Translations under genes and position numbers: made by a program
Source: Methylotenera sp.
GTDB taxonomy: Bacteria > Pseudomonadota > Gammaproteobacteria > Burkholderiales > Methylophilaceae
Direction: 5' to 3'
Length of the DNA stretch: 64,000 nucleotides
Assembly (NCBI RefSeq): GCF_013141425.1
Contig: NZ_JABFRA010000008.1
Span: 4,226 to 68,225 of the forward strand
Notes under the pieces: model-generated
Told to the model about the DNA's origin: nothing
The model's database searches: none
Seen by the model: the letters and a program-made list of their open reading frames with translations, nothing else
Part shown: piece after piece, positions 1 through 9,755 of the stretch
Position numbering within the stretch: position 1 is the first letter of the stretch
Layout of the letters: every line of letters starts with the position of its first letter

Positions 1-1
1 T

Positions 2-1852
2 CTTGAAGAGCAGCTCGAAACAAAAAACATCGACAACGCCAACTCACTGGCACTCTCCATGTCACAAATGCAAAAAGACCCAACCACTATCGACCTGCTC
101 CTCTCCGCACAATTCGATTCTGGCCACTACCGTTACATTGGGCTGTTTGACCCCAACGGCAAAATCATTAGCGAACGTGTAAACGCCAAAACGCAAACGA
201 AAGCGCCTGCCTGGTTTGTAAAACTGGTGCCCATTAAAGTGCAACCTGGCGTTGCCGATGTTCAAGATGGCTGGTCACAATTTGGCTCATTAACTTTGGA
301 AAGTGATGCCAATTTTGCTTACGATAAACTTTGGGATGCCACCCTGCAAATCGCCCTATGGGCCTCGTTAATCGGCCTATTAGCCTGCTACGCAGGCGGC
401 AAAATCCTGCAAAAAATTCTGCACCCTTTAGAGGATGTTGTCAGCCAAGCCATAGCCATTGGTGAAAATCGTTTTGTAACCAATGCCGTGCCTAAAACCA
501 ATGAATTCAAAGCCGTGGTCAATGCCATGAACGCGCTCTCAAATCGCATAAAAAACACTGTCGTTGAAGAGTCGTCACGCCTAGAACAATTGCGCTTTCA
601 ATCCAACTTTGAGCAAATCACTGGCTTGATGAATTACGACTACTTCACAAGAAAAATTGACTCCAGCATCAGCCATGAAGAAACCTTTAGTGCGGGCGTT
701 TTAGTAGTCTCTAGATTATCCAATCTTGCGGAAATTGATCATGCGCTCGGTTACCAAGAAACCAATGCGCTATTAAGAAGAATCGGTGATGCCCTAAATA
801 ATGAATGCAAAAATTATTCATCACTCTACGCTGGGCGCCTCAGCGGCACCGATTTTGCCGTATTTTCAAACCAGCCCATTGATTCTGCCATGCTGGGTGA
901 GCAAATAAAACATGTATTAGTCAGCCTTAGCAAAACATCACAAGAATCTCTAAATGCGAACTTTTTAACCGTGGCTATCAATGTCACCAAGGCGGATGCC
1001 GCCGATAATTTAGTTTCCATACTCGAAGCGGCTGAAAAATTCATCACCTTTGTTGATAGTGTGGTCGATAAAATGACGCACAAAAACAGAAACACCTTGC
1101 ACGTGATTAACCACAGTGAACTCGCCCAGTTTAAGAATGATAACAAGGAAAAATGGCAGCAACTATTAACCTCTGCGCTAGACGGCAAACGCATCAAACT
1201 TGAGCCCTTCCCTGTCGTCAATCAAAAAGGCCAGCTAATTCATTACGAAAGTCCAGTCAGGCTGCAATTGACTCCTGACGGAAAATGGTTCTGCGCGGGC
1301 GAATTTATCACTTGGGCAACACAACTCAATTTAATGAGTCGTGTAGATGAACTTGTTATTGAAACGGCTTTAGAATTGCTAGCCAATGGTGCAGAGCCAC
1401 TCGGTATCAACATTTCGGCCAGTGCAATCTGCAACCCAGAATTTATTGGAAAAACCACCCAGCTAATTAGGAAAAATCAGAATTTAGCGAGTCGCTTATG
1501 CTTTGAAGTGCCAGAAAAAAGTACGTTTGACCACTTAGCTGAATTCCGCAATTTCTGCAGTCAAATCAAACCGCTCGGTTGCAAAATTGGTGTAGAACAT
1601 GTTGGCACACGCATTTCGCGCCTAGGCGAGCTTCATGATGTGGGTTTGGATTACATCAAAATCGACGCCTCTATCATTAAAGATATCGACAGCAATGAAG
1701 CAAACAAGACGCTTTTAAGGGGGTTATGCATGATTGCCCACTCAATCGGTGTACAAGCCATTGCAGAAGGCGTGCAAACTGAAACTGAACAAAAAGCCCT
1801 GATAGAAATTGGGATTGATGGTCTGACTGGGCCTGGTATTAAAATTAATTAA
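2..1852 (+). CDS. LapD-like inner-membrane c-di-GMP receptor (LapD/MoxY-type periplasmic domain, HAMP, degenerate GGDEF, degenerate EAL); the 5' end lies outside the window
   Basis: The frame is open from base 2 (LEEQLETKNIDNANSLALS precedes the first Met at 59). A periplasmic-type segment is followed by a TM helix (LQIALWASLIGLLACYAGG) and a HAMP-like linker. The GGDEF position reads RLSGTDFAVF. EAL-domain blocks are present but altered (CFEVPE, KIGVEHVG, DYIKID, AEGVQTE). Confidence 0.7.
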   Translation, partial: LEEQLETKNIDNANSLALSMSQMQKDPTTIDLLLSAQFDSGHYRYIGLFDPNGKIISERVNAKTQTKAPAWFVKLVPIKVQPGVADVQDGWSQFGSLTLESDANFAYDKLWDATLQIALWASLIGLLACYAGGKILQKILHPLEDVVSQAIAIGENRFVTNAVPKTNEFKAVVNAMNALSNRIKNTVVEESSRLEQLRFQSNFEQITGLMNYDYFTRKIDSSISHEETFSAGVLVVSRLSNLAEIDHALGYQETNALLRRIGDALNNECKNYSSLYAGRLSGTDFAVFSNQPIDSAMLGEQIKHVLVSLSKTSQESLNANFLTVAINVTKADAADNLVSILEAAEKFITFVDSVVDKMTHKNRNTLHVINHSELAQFKNDNKEKWQQLLTSALDGKRIKLEPFPVVNQKGQLIHYESPVRLQLTPDGKWFCAGEFITWATQLNLMSRVDELVIETALELLANGAEPLGINISASAICNPEFIGKTTQLIRKNQNLASRLCFEVPEKSTFDHLAEFRNFCSQIKPLGCKIGVEHVGTRISRLGELHDVGLDYIKIDASIIKDIDSNEANKTLLRGLCMIAHSIGVQAIAEGVQTETEQKALIEIGIDGLTGPGIKIN

Positions 1853-1895
1853 AAACGCATAAAACAGCAGCTCACTCGAGTTACTGTTCAAGCGC

Positions 1896-4800
1896 CTAAG
1901 ACTTAGCCACAAAGCGATTTCTAACAAAGGCTTCAAATTGATCCGCGGGTAATGGTCTACTAAAATAAAACCCTTGTATTTCATCGCATCCTAATTGCTT
2001 TAACAACTCGAGTTGCTCTAAAGTCTCTACACCTTCTGCAATTGTTTGCATTCCTAACGTATTAGCCATATTAATAATGGTGGCCGTAATCGTTCTGTCG
2101 TCTGAGTCACTATTGATATCTCTGACAAAAGACTGATCAATTTTCAGCTTGTATACTTTAAAACGCTTTAAATAACTCAATGAAGAGTAACCTATACCAA
2201 AATCATCTATCGACATGCGAACACCGCGGCGATGGATGTTTTCCATAATTTCAATTGCCCCTTGTGGGTCATCCATTGCGGCTGATTCTGTCAATTCAAC
2301 TTCCAGATATTCGGCAGGTAATTTTACTTCATCGAGAATATCAGAAATCAATCCTGGTAAATTCGCCTGACGAAATTGCGCGGCAGAAAGATTAACGGCC
2401 ACGATCATCGGTGGCAAACCAACATCTATCCAATGCTTATTTTGCTTTACTGCAGTACTCAACACCCAATCACCAATCGCTATAATTTGACCACTTTCTT
2501 CGGCAACTGGAACAAACTCAGCGGGAGATATCCAGCCCAATTCAGGATGTTGCCAGCGTAGTAAAGCTTCTGCACCAACAACGCGCGTGCCGTCTATCGA
2601 CAATTGCGGCTGATAATACAATTGCAATTGGTTTGCAGCCAGCGCATGTCTAAGGGCTGTACTCAATTGCAAACTACGTACCGAGTGGTCCTGCATTTGT
2701 TGTGTAAAGAAACGGTAGCCATTTCGGCCTTCCTGTTTTGTGCGGTACATTGCGATATCCGCATTTTTAGATAGTGTCTCCCAATCGTCGCCATCATGCG
2801 GATACATAGCGATACCGATTGAAAACGTAGTGACCAATTCGTTATATTCAATCATGCAGGGTTGCATTGCCATTTTTAAAAGTTTAGAAGCTACCAGCGA
2901 AGCGCCATCTGCATTGGTACCAGGCAATATTAATATAAATTCGTCACCACCCACCCTGGAAACGGTATCTTCTTCTCGCAGCGTTTGCTCGATACGATTC
3001 GCCACATCGAGCAATAGCAAGTCGCCAATATTGTGGCCAAGTGTGTCATTAATCACTTTAAAGTGGTCCAGGTCAATAAACATGACCGACAACTCTTCGC
3101 CGCTACGTTGCGCAAGACTCAAGGCAAATTTAAACCGATCATTCAGCAAATATCGGTTGGGCAAGCCAGTTAATTGATCAAAATGCGCAAGTTTCTCTAT
3201 GCGCTCTTCTGCTAATTTTTTCTGCGTAATATCTTCTTTAATCGCTAAATAATTCGTAATCTGCCCATCTGCCTGCCGCACGGGTGAAATCATTACAGAT
3301 TCAACATACTTACTACCATCTTTACGACGATTAATTAACTCCCCTCGCCAAATGTCGCCACGCGTCAAATGTGCCCACATGTCTTGGTATACGACTTTAG
3401 ATGTATCGCCAGATTGCAGTATGCGTGGGTTTTTTCCCACTACTTCATCTAAGCTATAGCCAGTTATTGTGGTAAACGTGGCATTGGCATATTCAATATT
3501 AGCGTCAAGGTCAGTAATCACAATCGTACTGGGACTTTGCTCGACTGCCATCGAAAGCTTAATTAATGATTCATCTATTTTCTTACGCTCAGTAATATCA
3601 ATATGCGTCCCTACCATACGTAGAGGTCTACCAAAAGCATCACGTTCGACGATTGTGCCTAAAGATAATACCCATATCCAATTTCCCAACCGCGCCTGCT
3701 GCCTAAACTCCACGCGATATTCTGGAATATTTCCAGCGATATAATCATCATAAATTTTGGCCACACGTGCCTGGTCATTAGGATGCATTCTATTTAGCCA
3801 GGTACTATGTGTTTCATGAAAGTCACTCAACTCATAACCTAACATATGCGCATACTCAGAACTGACGACGGTTTCGCCCGTTTGTACATTCAAGTCATAA
3901 ATACCTTGAATTGAAGAGCGCAGTGCCACCTTTAGGCGCTCATCACTCTTTCGCAATAAAGTAGCGCGATCAAAATTATCCAATGCCAAATTAATATCGA
4001 TTACCATTTCATTCAACAGCGTGCGGGCATCTTCATCGAATGTACCAATTTCGTTTGAATAAAGTGTAAATGCGCCAACAGGCAAACCATTACGAAGTAT
4101 CGGAATTGCGGCCGATGAGCGCCAATTGAATTGCTTTGCGCGCTCATGCCAGGGTGCCGTGTGTGGGTCGCTCTGATAATCCTGGCACCAATAAGGCTTA
4201 TTATTGCGAATTGCAGTTCCTGTAGGCCCTAAGCCAAACGACTCATCCGCTTTAATTGAGATTCTTAAGCCTTGCAAATAATCGGTACCATCACCATAAA
4301 ATGCAATTGGCATTACTAATTTAGTTGTTTCCTCAACAAGGCCAATCCATGCCATCTCAAATTTACCAAAGTCTACTGTTGTTTGGCAGATACTTTCAAA
4401 CAAGGCTTGCTCATTCGCACAACGTGTAATGGCTTCATTGCCACGACTAATGGCAGAATAAAGATTGGAGAGCCTTACGTTTTTAACATAGGCGATTTGC
4501 AGGTCGGCTCTTGTCTGCTCCAGCCAGCCCATGACACTATTTGAATGTGCATCAAGTAATTCAATCGGTGCGTTGAAATCACCACTACCGATTTTTTCTA
4601 TTTGCTGTCGTACTTCATCAGCAGAACCACCTAGCGCTCTACGCAAGTCAACATAACTACGCAGCAGCATGGCAATCAGTCCTATGCCAGCAAACACAAA
4701 CAATATGCGTAATACTGTCGCCAGCTTCTCGGCCTGATCTACCGCTTTATAGGTCCGCGTTGCAACCATCACATAAAAGTCATCAATTGGCTTCATAATT

Positions 4801-5369
4801 GAAGCCTTGGCCAAGTGATACTTCTCATCGTATAAACTGGTTATCGCCAGATTTCTGTTTTCCTCAGCATCAGGCCCTACAGATTCAACAAGCTCAATCG
4901 CCTTGCGCTCAAGTATCGTCAAGGCATCAGAATTAGATATTGCTGTTAATAATTGAGTGAATTCAGCATCTGTGAACCCTGCTCGTTTCATTAAATCAAG
5001 TAACGAAATTTTTTGCGCGCTATCTGGTCGCGGAGGCTCTTGGTTTGGTAAAAAAAGGTCCCAATAAATTCTTTGATAATGTGCGGGACGGGCTTTTTTA
5101 CCATTTCGAATATCGATAATGTCTAAATAATGCTGTTTGTAGGAAACATCTCGCGTCGTGACATAGGTCCGCACCATACGGGTCAGATCATCTGAAGTCT
5201 GTCTTAGCTCATCCGCCAATAAAAATGATCTTAAACGGACTTCATTTGCACGATCTATTTGCTTTTCAGACCAGACGTAAATTCCGAAAATCAGAACGGC
5301 CACCACTAGCAGCAAACTAGTTAGCCAAAGATTGCGTTTGAATGTTGGGGGTGAGCTATATTTAGCCAT
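1896..5369 (-). CDS. Membrane sensor diguanylate cyclase/phosphodiesterase (periplasmic sensor, HAMP, GAF-like, PAS, GGDEF, EAL)
   Basis: 1157-aa ORF. An N-terminal TM helix, a roughly 200-aa periplasmic helical domain and a second TM helix come first, followed by GAF-like and PAS-like blocks. The GGDEF domain reads RVGGDEFILIL, with the I-site-like REED five residues upstream. The EAL blocks are intact (EALLRW, EVELTES, SIDDFGIGYSS, KIDQSF, AEGVET, DEIQGF). Confidence 0.9.
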   Translation of the reverse strand: MAKYSSPPTFKRNLWLTSLLLVVAVLIFGIYVWSEKQIDRANEVRLRSFLLADELRQTSDDLTRMVRTYVTTRDVSYKQHYLDIIDIRNGKKARPAHYQRIYWDLFLPNQEPPRPDSAQKISLLDLMKRAGFTDAEFTQLLTAISNSDALTILERKAIELVESVGPDAEENRNLAITSLYDEKYHLAKASIMKPIDDFYVMVATRTYKAVDQAEKLATVLRILFVFAGIGLIAMLLRSYVDLRRALGGSADEVRQQIEKIGSGDFNAPIELLDAHSNSVMGWLEQTRADLQIAYVKNVRLSNLYSAISRGNEAITRCANEQALFESICQTTVDFGKFEMAWIGLVEETTKLVMPIAFYGDGTDYLQGLRISIKADESFGLGPTGTAIRNNKPYWCQDYQSDPHTAPWHERAKQFNWRSSAAIPILRNGLPVGAFTLYSNEIGTFDEDARTLLNEMVIDINLALDNFDRATLLRKSDERLKVALRSSIQGIYDLNVQTGETVVSSEYAHMLGYELSDFHETHSTWLNRMHPNDQARVAKIYDDYIAGNIPEYRVEFRQQARLGNWIWVLSLGTIVERDAFGRPLRMVGTHIDITERKKIDESLIKLSMAVEQSPSTIVITDLDANIEYANATFTTITGYSLDEVVGKNPRILQSGDTSKVVYQDMWAHLTRGDIWRGELINRRKDGSKYVESVMISPVRQADGQITNYLAIKEDITQKKLAEERIEKLAHFDQLTGLPNRYLLNDRFKFALSLAQRSGEELSVMFIDLDHFKVINDTLGHNIGDLLLLDVANRIEQTLREEDTVSRVGGDEFILILPGTNADGASLVASKLLKMAMQPCMIEYNELVTTFSIGIAMYPHDGDDWETLSKNADIAMYRTKQEGRNGYRFFTQQMQDHSVRSLQLSTALRHALAANQLQLYYQPQLSIDGTRVVGAEALLRWQHPELGWISPAEFVPVAEESGQIIAIGDWVLSTAVKQNKHWIDVGLPPMIVAVNLSAAQFRQANLPGLISDILDEVKLPAEYLEVELTESAAMDDPQGAIEIMENIHRRGVRMSIDDFGIGYSSLSYLKRFKVYKLKIDQSFVRDINSDSDDRTITATIINMANTLGMQTIAEGVETLEQLELLKQLGCDEIQGFYFSRPLPADQFEAFVRNRFVAKS

Positions 5370-5509
5370 AAGATTGATTTAGTGCTATATCCATTCTGAT
5401 ACCAATATACATCATGGCTCACGCTAAAACTACTGCACTAAGAGCAAATCAAGAGTAAATCAAGAATAAATCCAGCAAAATACCATTTGCTTTGCTGATT
5501 GATAAAACA

Positions 5510-6163
5510 TCAACGTTTGTAATTACTATTCAGCATCAAGGCCAGCTGCAGTCTATCTTTTGCACCTAGTCGCTCAAAAGTCGCAGCTAAATGGGCTTTT
5601 ACGGTACGGTCAGTAATACCCAGAATTCTAGCAATTTCTTTATTGCTTAAGCCTTTCGCCGCTTGTAGCGCTACTTCTTGCTCGCGGTGGGTCAACTTGG
5701 TAAGCAAACCGTCAACATATTCAGGCTGATTGCCAGTGAGCTTTGTGGAAACTTCAATGAGACTTTGCAGGATATCTTGACCTAACCACAAACCTCCGTG
5801 GCTAATTACCTTTTTGATTTCTTTTAACACTTGTGGGGCAATGTAGGCATGGCAATAGCCCATTGCACCAAGTCTTAAGGCATGAATTGATTCCGCTTGA
5901 TTTGGTACGTTCGCCAAAACCACAATTTTTGCATTTTCGTATTGTTTAGCGATTGTAGTGATAGAATTTTCCATCCATTGCTGACGGTCTTCGTTCATGT
6001 GCAACCAAAAAATTGGCGCATCACTATTCTTGGCTTTTGCTTTTGTCTTAGCGCATATACTCTCGACAACTTCTGGTACTGTCGGAGCAATTATCGATTT
6101 TGGAAAAGCTTGCGTCCAACTCTCTAACAACGCGGGCAATTTACTTATAAAAATATCCTGCAT
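5510..6163 (-). CDS. LuxR/FixJ-family transcription regulator with an atypical (pseudo-)receiver domain
   Basis: 217-aa ORF. The C-terminal HTH reads REQEVALQAAKGLSNKEIARILGITDRTVKAHL. In the N-terminal receiver-like region, the expected phospho-acceptor context reads IFWLHMNED and the conserved-Lys context reads GAMGYCHAY. The start codon directly abuts the stop of the HlyD-family gene (6163/6164). Confidence 0.8.
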   Translation of the reverse strand: MQDIFISKLPALLESWTQAFPKSIIAPTVPEVVESICAKTKAKAKNSDAPIFWLHMNEDRQQWMENSITTIAKQYENAKIVVLANVPNQAESIHALRLGAMGYCHAYIAPQVLKEIKKVISHGGLWLGQDILQSLIEVSTKLTGNQPEYVDGLLTKLTHREQEVALQAAKGLSNKEIARILGITDRTVKAHLAATFERLGAKDRLQLALMLNSNYKR

Positions 6164-7576
6164 TTATCTCTCACTAAACGCGTAGGATTTAGCTTTTAAT
6201 ACGGGCTTGAGCAAGTACGAAAGCACGGTTTTTTTACCGGTCATAATATCGACCTGCGCCACCATGCCAGGGATAATCGGCAACCCCTTACCTAAGCTAG
6301 ACTTTAAAGTTTTGACTCTGACCACATAATAGGCATTGCCTTTTTCATCGACAATCGAATTGGCAGAAATGCCTTCAACCACAGCATCCAGTGCACCGTA
6401 AATGCTGTAATCATAAGCCGTTAGTTTCACAATAGCGGGCTGTTGTGGGCGGATAAAGGCAATATCTTTAATTTGAATTTTGGTTTCTAAAACCAAGGCT
6501 TCATCAGTCGGAACAACTTCCAGCACTTCTTTGCCTGGCTGAATCACTCCTCCGATGGTATTGTAAAACAGGCGGCTAATTTTGCCGTTTACAGGCGATT
6601 TCAAGGTCGCTTGTTTAACCTTATCGGTCAGCCCGACATTAACCTCTGTGATGCTATTGAGCCGTGCTGTTACTTCGTTCAACTCAGTGCGCACCTTGCT
6701 TTTAAAGGTTTGTTCAATTTCGGTGACTTTTCGTCTTGCTTCTGCAATTGAAGATTGAATACGGCTAATTTGCGCTCGGGCTTGGTCAATATCGCCTCTG
6801 GCTTTGGTGGATTCGCGCTCTAATTTCAGAATGTCGATTTCAGAAACCGCACCACTAGCTAACAATGGCTTATTGGCTTGTAATTCTTTATTTGCTGATT
6901 CAAAGTTTTTTTCTGCAATCTCTTTACGAAACTGCACCTCGATTAACTCTTTTTCTCGTTGCACCATTTGGTCGCGCGCAATGCTAATGGTGGACTGCAA
7001 TTCTTCTCGACTAGAATTATATAAGGCATATTCCTGCTCATAAGTTTGTGGCGCATCTTTTTGAACTTCTTTAGGTGGATTAAATGCAGCGCCTTCTGCC
7101 AAGGCGCGTAGTCGGGATTGTTTTGCTAAAAGCGCTAAGTATTGAGTTTGATTTTCTCGTAAAGAGGAAACCGCTCTGGTTTCATCAATACGAATCAGCG
7201 GCGTTCCCACCACCACCGATTGCCCTTCAGCAACCAATATTTCAGAGACAATACCGCCGTCTAGGGATTGAATAATTTGCACCTGTTTCGATGGAATCAC
7301 TCGCCCTTCACCACGTGTAACTTCATCGACTTTGGCAAAATAGGCCCAAATTACCAGCACAGCTAATGCAGAAGCAACGCCATAAAGCAAAACCTTAGCT
7401 TTTAGCGGCGTTTGCTCTAAAATCGCCAAATCCGCTTCATCATCCCAGTGCAAATCCTCTCTGGTTTCGGTGGGCACCATTTTATCGAGCAATTGATAGA
7501 TAGGCCGAGTGAGCCACGCTTGCCTTTTAAAGACTTCGTTCAGCTTACCGATTTTTTTAAATAGATTTTCACTCAT
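6164..7576 (-). CDS. HlyD-family type I secretion membrane fusion (periplasmic adaptor) protein
   Basis: 470-aa ORF with an N-terminal TM helix (LLYGVASALAVLVIWAYFA), a long coiled-coil centre and a C-terminal beta-barrel block ending GMVAQVDIMTGKKTVLSYLLKP. It lies 10 nt downstream of the ABC gene. Confidence 0.9.
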   Translation of the reverse strand: MSENLFKKIGKLNEVFKRQAWLTRPIYQLLDKMVPTETREDLHWDDEADLAILEQTPLKAKVLLYGVASALAVLVIWAYFAKVDEVTRGEGRVIPSKQVQIIQSLDGGIVSEILVAEGQSVVVGTPLIRIDETRAVSSLRENQTQYLALLAKQSRLRALAEGAAFNPPKEVQKDAPQTYEQEYALYNSSREELQSTISIARDQMVQREKELIEVQFRKEIAEKNFESANKELQANKPLLASGAVSEIDILKLERESTKARGDIDQARAQISRIQSSIAEARRKVTEIEQTFKSKVRTELNEVTARLNSITEVNVGLTDKVKQATLKSPVNGKISRLFYNTIGGVIQPGKEVLEVVPTDEALVLETKIQIKDIAFIRPQQPAIVKLTAYDYSIYGALDAVVEGISANSIVDEKGNAYYVVRVKTLKSSLGKGLPIIPGMVAQVDIMTGKKTVLSYLLKPVLKAKSYAFSER

Positions 7577-7586
7577 AGGGTTTTAC

Positions 7587-9755
7587 TCATAGCGCTTTGC
7601 CAACTTTGCCGCTTCTTAGCGCTTCGGTTACTTGGTCTTTCGGGCCATCTGCCACGATTCGACCTGAATCGATTACGACAATGCGATCGACCAACTCATA
7701 CAAAGCGGAACGATGGGAAATCAGCACCAAGGTTTTATTTTTGGTGGCGGCTAACAAGCGTCGCTTAATCGCATCTTCACCTGAATGATCCATCGCACTG
7801 GTGGGCTCATCCAATAATAAGATAGCGGGATTATCAATCAGCGCGCGCGCAATACCAACGCCTTGGCGCTGACCGCCAGACAATGTCTCGCCGCGCTCTC
7901 CCACCAGCATATCAAACCCTTTAGGGTGCGCATTCACAAACTCATCAATGCCGCCAATATGTGCAGCAGCCAGCACAGCCGCATCATCCACATGTTGCGC
8001 TGATATGGTTAAATTTTCGCGCATAGTGCCATAAAATAAATGGGTATCTTGCTGCACATAACCCGCGCAGCGTCTGAGTTCTGCTGGGTCAATTTGGCGC
8101 GCATCAATACCATCAATCAAAATCGCACCCGAGGTGGGTTGATAAAGGCCAAGAATAAGCTTATGGATAGTTGATTTTCCCGAACCCATTCGACCTAACA
8201 GGGCAACATGTTCCCCCGCTTTAATTTTGAAGGACACTTTGGTCAGTGCATCTTGCTCAGTACCCGGGTAACTAAAGCTAACCTCTCGGAATTCAATATC
8301 TCCATTAAATGCGGGGCGTGATAAAAACTTAGCATCCAGCGGGCGCTCCACTTCTCGGTGCATAATTTCGTCGAGCGAAGTAAGTGCGGTCGCTGCATTA
8401 TGGTATTGCGTTAATAGCCCTGCTGTTTGCGCAATCGGCACAAGCGCCCGCGAGGCCAGCATGGTGCAGGCAATCAATCCTCCCATGGTTAAATCACCAT
8501 TCACTACCAAATAAACGCCCAGTACAACCAGCGAAATATTAATAAGTTGCTGAATGGTACTGGCGCCGTTATTAATAGAGGACGACAATAGCCTTAACTT
8601 GCTTGAAACCTCCGTTAAAAAATGGGCGCTATGTTCCCATTTGCGCTGCATTTGCCCTTCAATACCCAAGGCTTTAACTGTTTCAAGCCCAACCAGACTT
8701 TCTATCAGCGTGGCGTTTCTAATGGCACTGGCGCGATACATGGTTTCTGATAACTCATGCATTTTTGTCTGCACGCTGAACGAATACACCAAAATCAAGA
8801 TCGCCCCAATAATTACAGGAATCACCATCGGCCAAGCAATCCAAGCCATCACCACCACAAAAATAAGACCAAATGGAATATCAATCAGCGTGGTGATAGT
8901 GGCGGAGGTAATAAAGTCGCGTACCGTTTCAAAAGATCGCAAATTAGAGGCAAATGAACCGACCGAGTTAGGACGTTGCTCCAAGCGTATGCCTAACACC
9001 TGCTCCATAATGCGTGCCGTAAGTTTCACATCAACACGCGTACTGGCCCAATCTAGAAAATACCCGCGCAAAGTGCGCAGTACCAAATCACCGATAATCA
9101 TCAGCGAAATACCAATCGCCATTACCCATAAAGTTTCAACGGCGCGGTTTGGCACTACACGGTCATACACATTCATGGTGAAAAGCGGCATTGCCAAAGC
9201 GAACATATTCACCACAAAAGCCGCCACCATAATGTCGCGATAGATACGGCTATTTTCAGCGAGCGTACCCCAAAACCAATGGCGCATCCTGACTTTTCCC
9301 ACCATTGGCGCACGCTGGTCAAAGGAGAATTTAGCTTTTGCCACAATGTAGTAGCCGGCAAATCGTAGCTCTAACTCATTAATAGCGATAGCGATTTCAG
9401 CGTCACCCAACTCAGGAAAAATCACATGCGCTTGATTGGCTTCAAAATCCAGCTTGGTGACAACGCAAGCCTCTTCATCTTTCAATAATAAAATAGCAGG
9501 TAAAAATTCAGCACGGATTTTTTCAAGTGGTTTTTTTAGTATGGTGACTGCCAAATTAACACGTTCCGCAGAACGCTTTAAAAGTGCAGGTGTCATTTTG
9601 CCATCACGAAGCGGCAGGCCAGAGATTAAGGCATCTCTTGAAGTAGCAACACCTTGAATGCGACAAATCAACAGTAGACTGTCCAGCAAGGAATCAACGG
9701 TCTTCACGTTCACTAGACCCGCGTTTCCAATTTGAGTCAAATCCTCAGCACTCAT
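7587..9755 (-). CDS. Type I secretion system ABC permease/ATPase with an N-terminal C39-like (non-catalytic) domain
   Basis: 722-aa ORF with a roughly 150-aa N-terminal C39-like domain and a six-TM exporter domain. Walker A is GRMGSGKST, the signature is LSGGQRQ, and Walker B is ILLLDEPTS. Confidence 0.9.
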   Translation of the reverse strand: MSAEDLTQIGNAGLVNVKTVDSLLDSLLLICRIQGVATSRDALISGLPLRDGKMTPALLKRSAERVNLAVTILKKPLEKIRAEFLPAILLLKDEEACVVTKLDFEANQAHVIFPELGDAEIAIAINELELRFAGYYIVAKAKFSFDQRAPMVGKVRMRHWFWGTLAENSRIYRDIMVAAFVVNMFALAMPLFTMNVYDRVVPNRAVETLWVMAIGISLMIIGDLVLRTLRGYFLDWASTRVDVKLTARIMEQVLGIRLEQRPNSVGSFASNLRSFETVRDFITSATITTLIDIPFGLIFVVVMAWIAWPMVIPVIIGAILILVYSFSVQTKMHELSETMYRASAIRNATLIESLVGLETVKALGIEGQMQRKWEHSAHFLTEVSSKLRLLSSSINNGASTIQQLINISLVVLGVYLVVNGDLTMGGLIACTMLASRALVPIAQTAGLLTQYHNAATALTSLDEIMHREVERPLDAKFLSRPAFNGDIEFREVSFSYPGTEQDALTKVSFKIKAGEHVALLGRMGSGKSTIHKLILGLYQPTSGAILIDGIDARQIDPAELRRCAGYVQQDTHLFYGTMRENLTISAQHVDDAAVLAAAHIGGIDEFVNAHPKGFDMLVGERGETLSGGQRQGVGIARALIDNPAILLLDEPTSAMDHSGEDAIKRRLLAATKNKTLVLISHRSALYELVDRIVVIDSGRIVADGPKDQVTEALRSGKVGKAL

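Noticed and set aside
8554-9243. 229-aa ORF antisense to the T1SS ABC gene. Similar long antisense ORFs occur at 23760-24347, 46596-47084, 57933-58337, 2740-3177 and 826-1221.
   Set aside because: All lie fully inside genes whose sense frames carry unmistakable family motifs. Their products are low-complexity (Ser/Ala/Thr/Ile-rich) with no recognisable motif. These are typical shadow ORFs.
7587-9755. The N-terminal C39 domain of the ABC transporter raised the possibility of a bacteriocin or double-glycine-leader peptide exporter with a nearby small precursor gene.
   Set aside because: In a by-eye alignment to C39 peptidases, the nucleophile position (DCG...YG) reads DSL...QG here, so the Cys is replaced by Ser. 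That is typical of non-catalytic C39-like domains in RTX/adhesin-type T1SS. No plausible GG-leader peptide ORF is present in 9756-10257.
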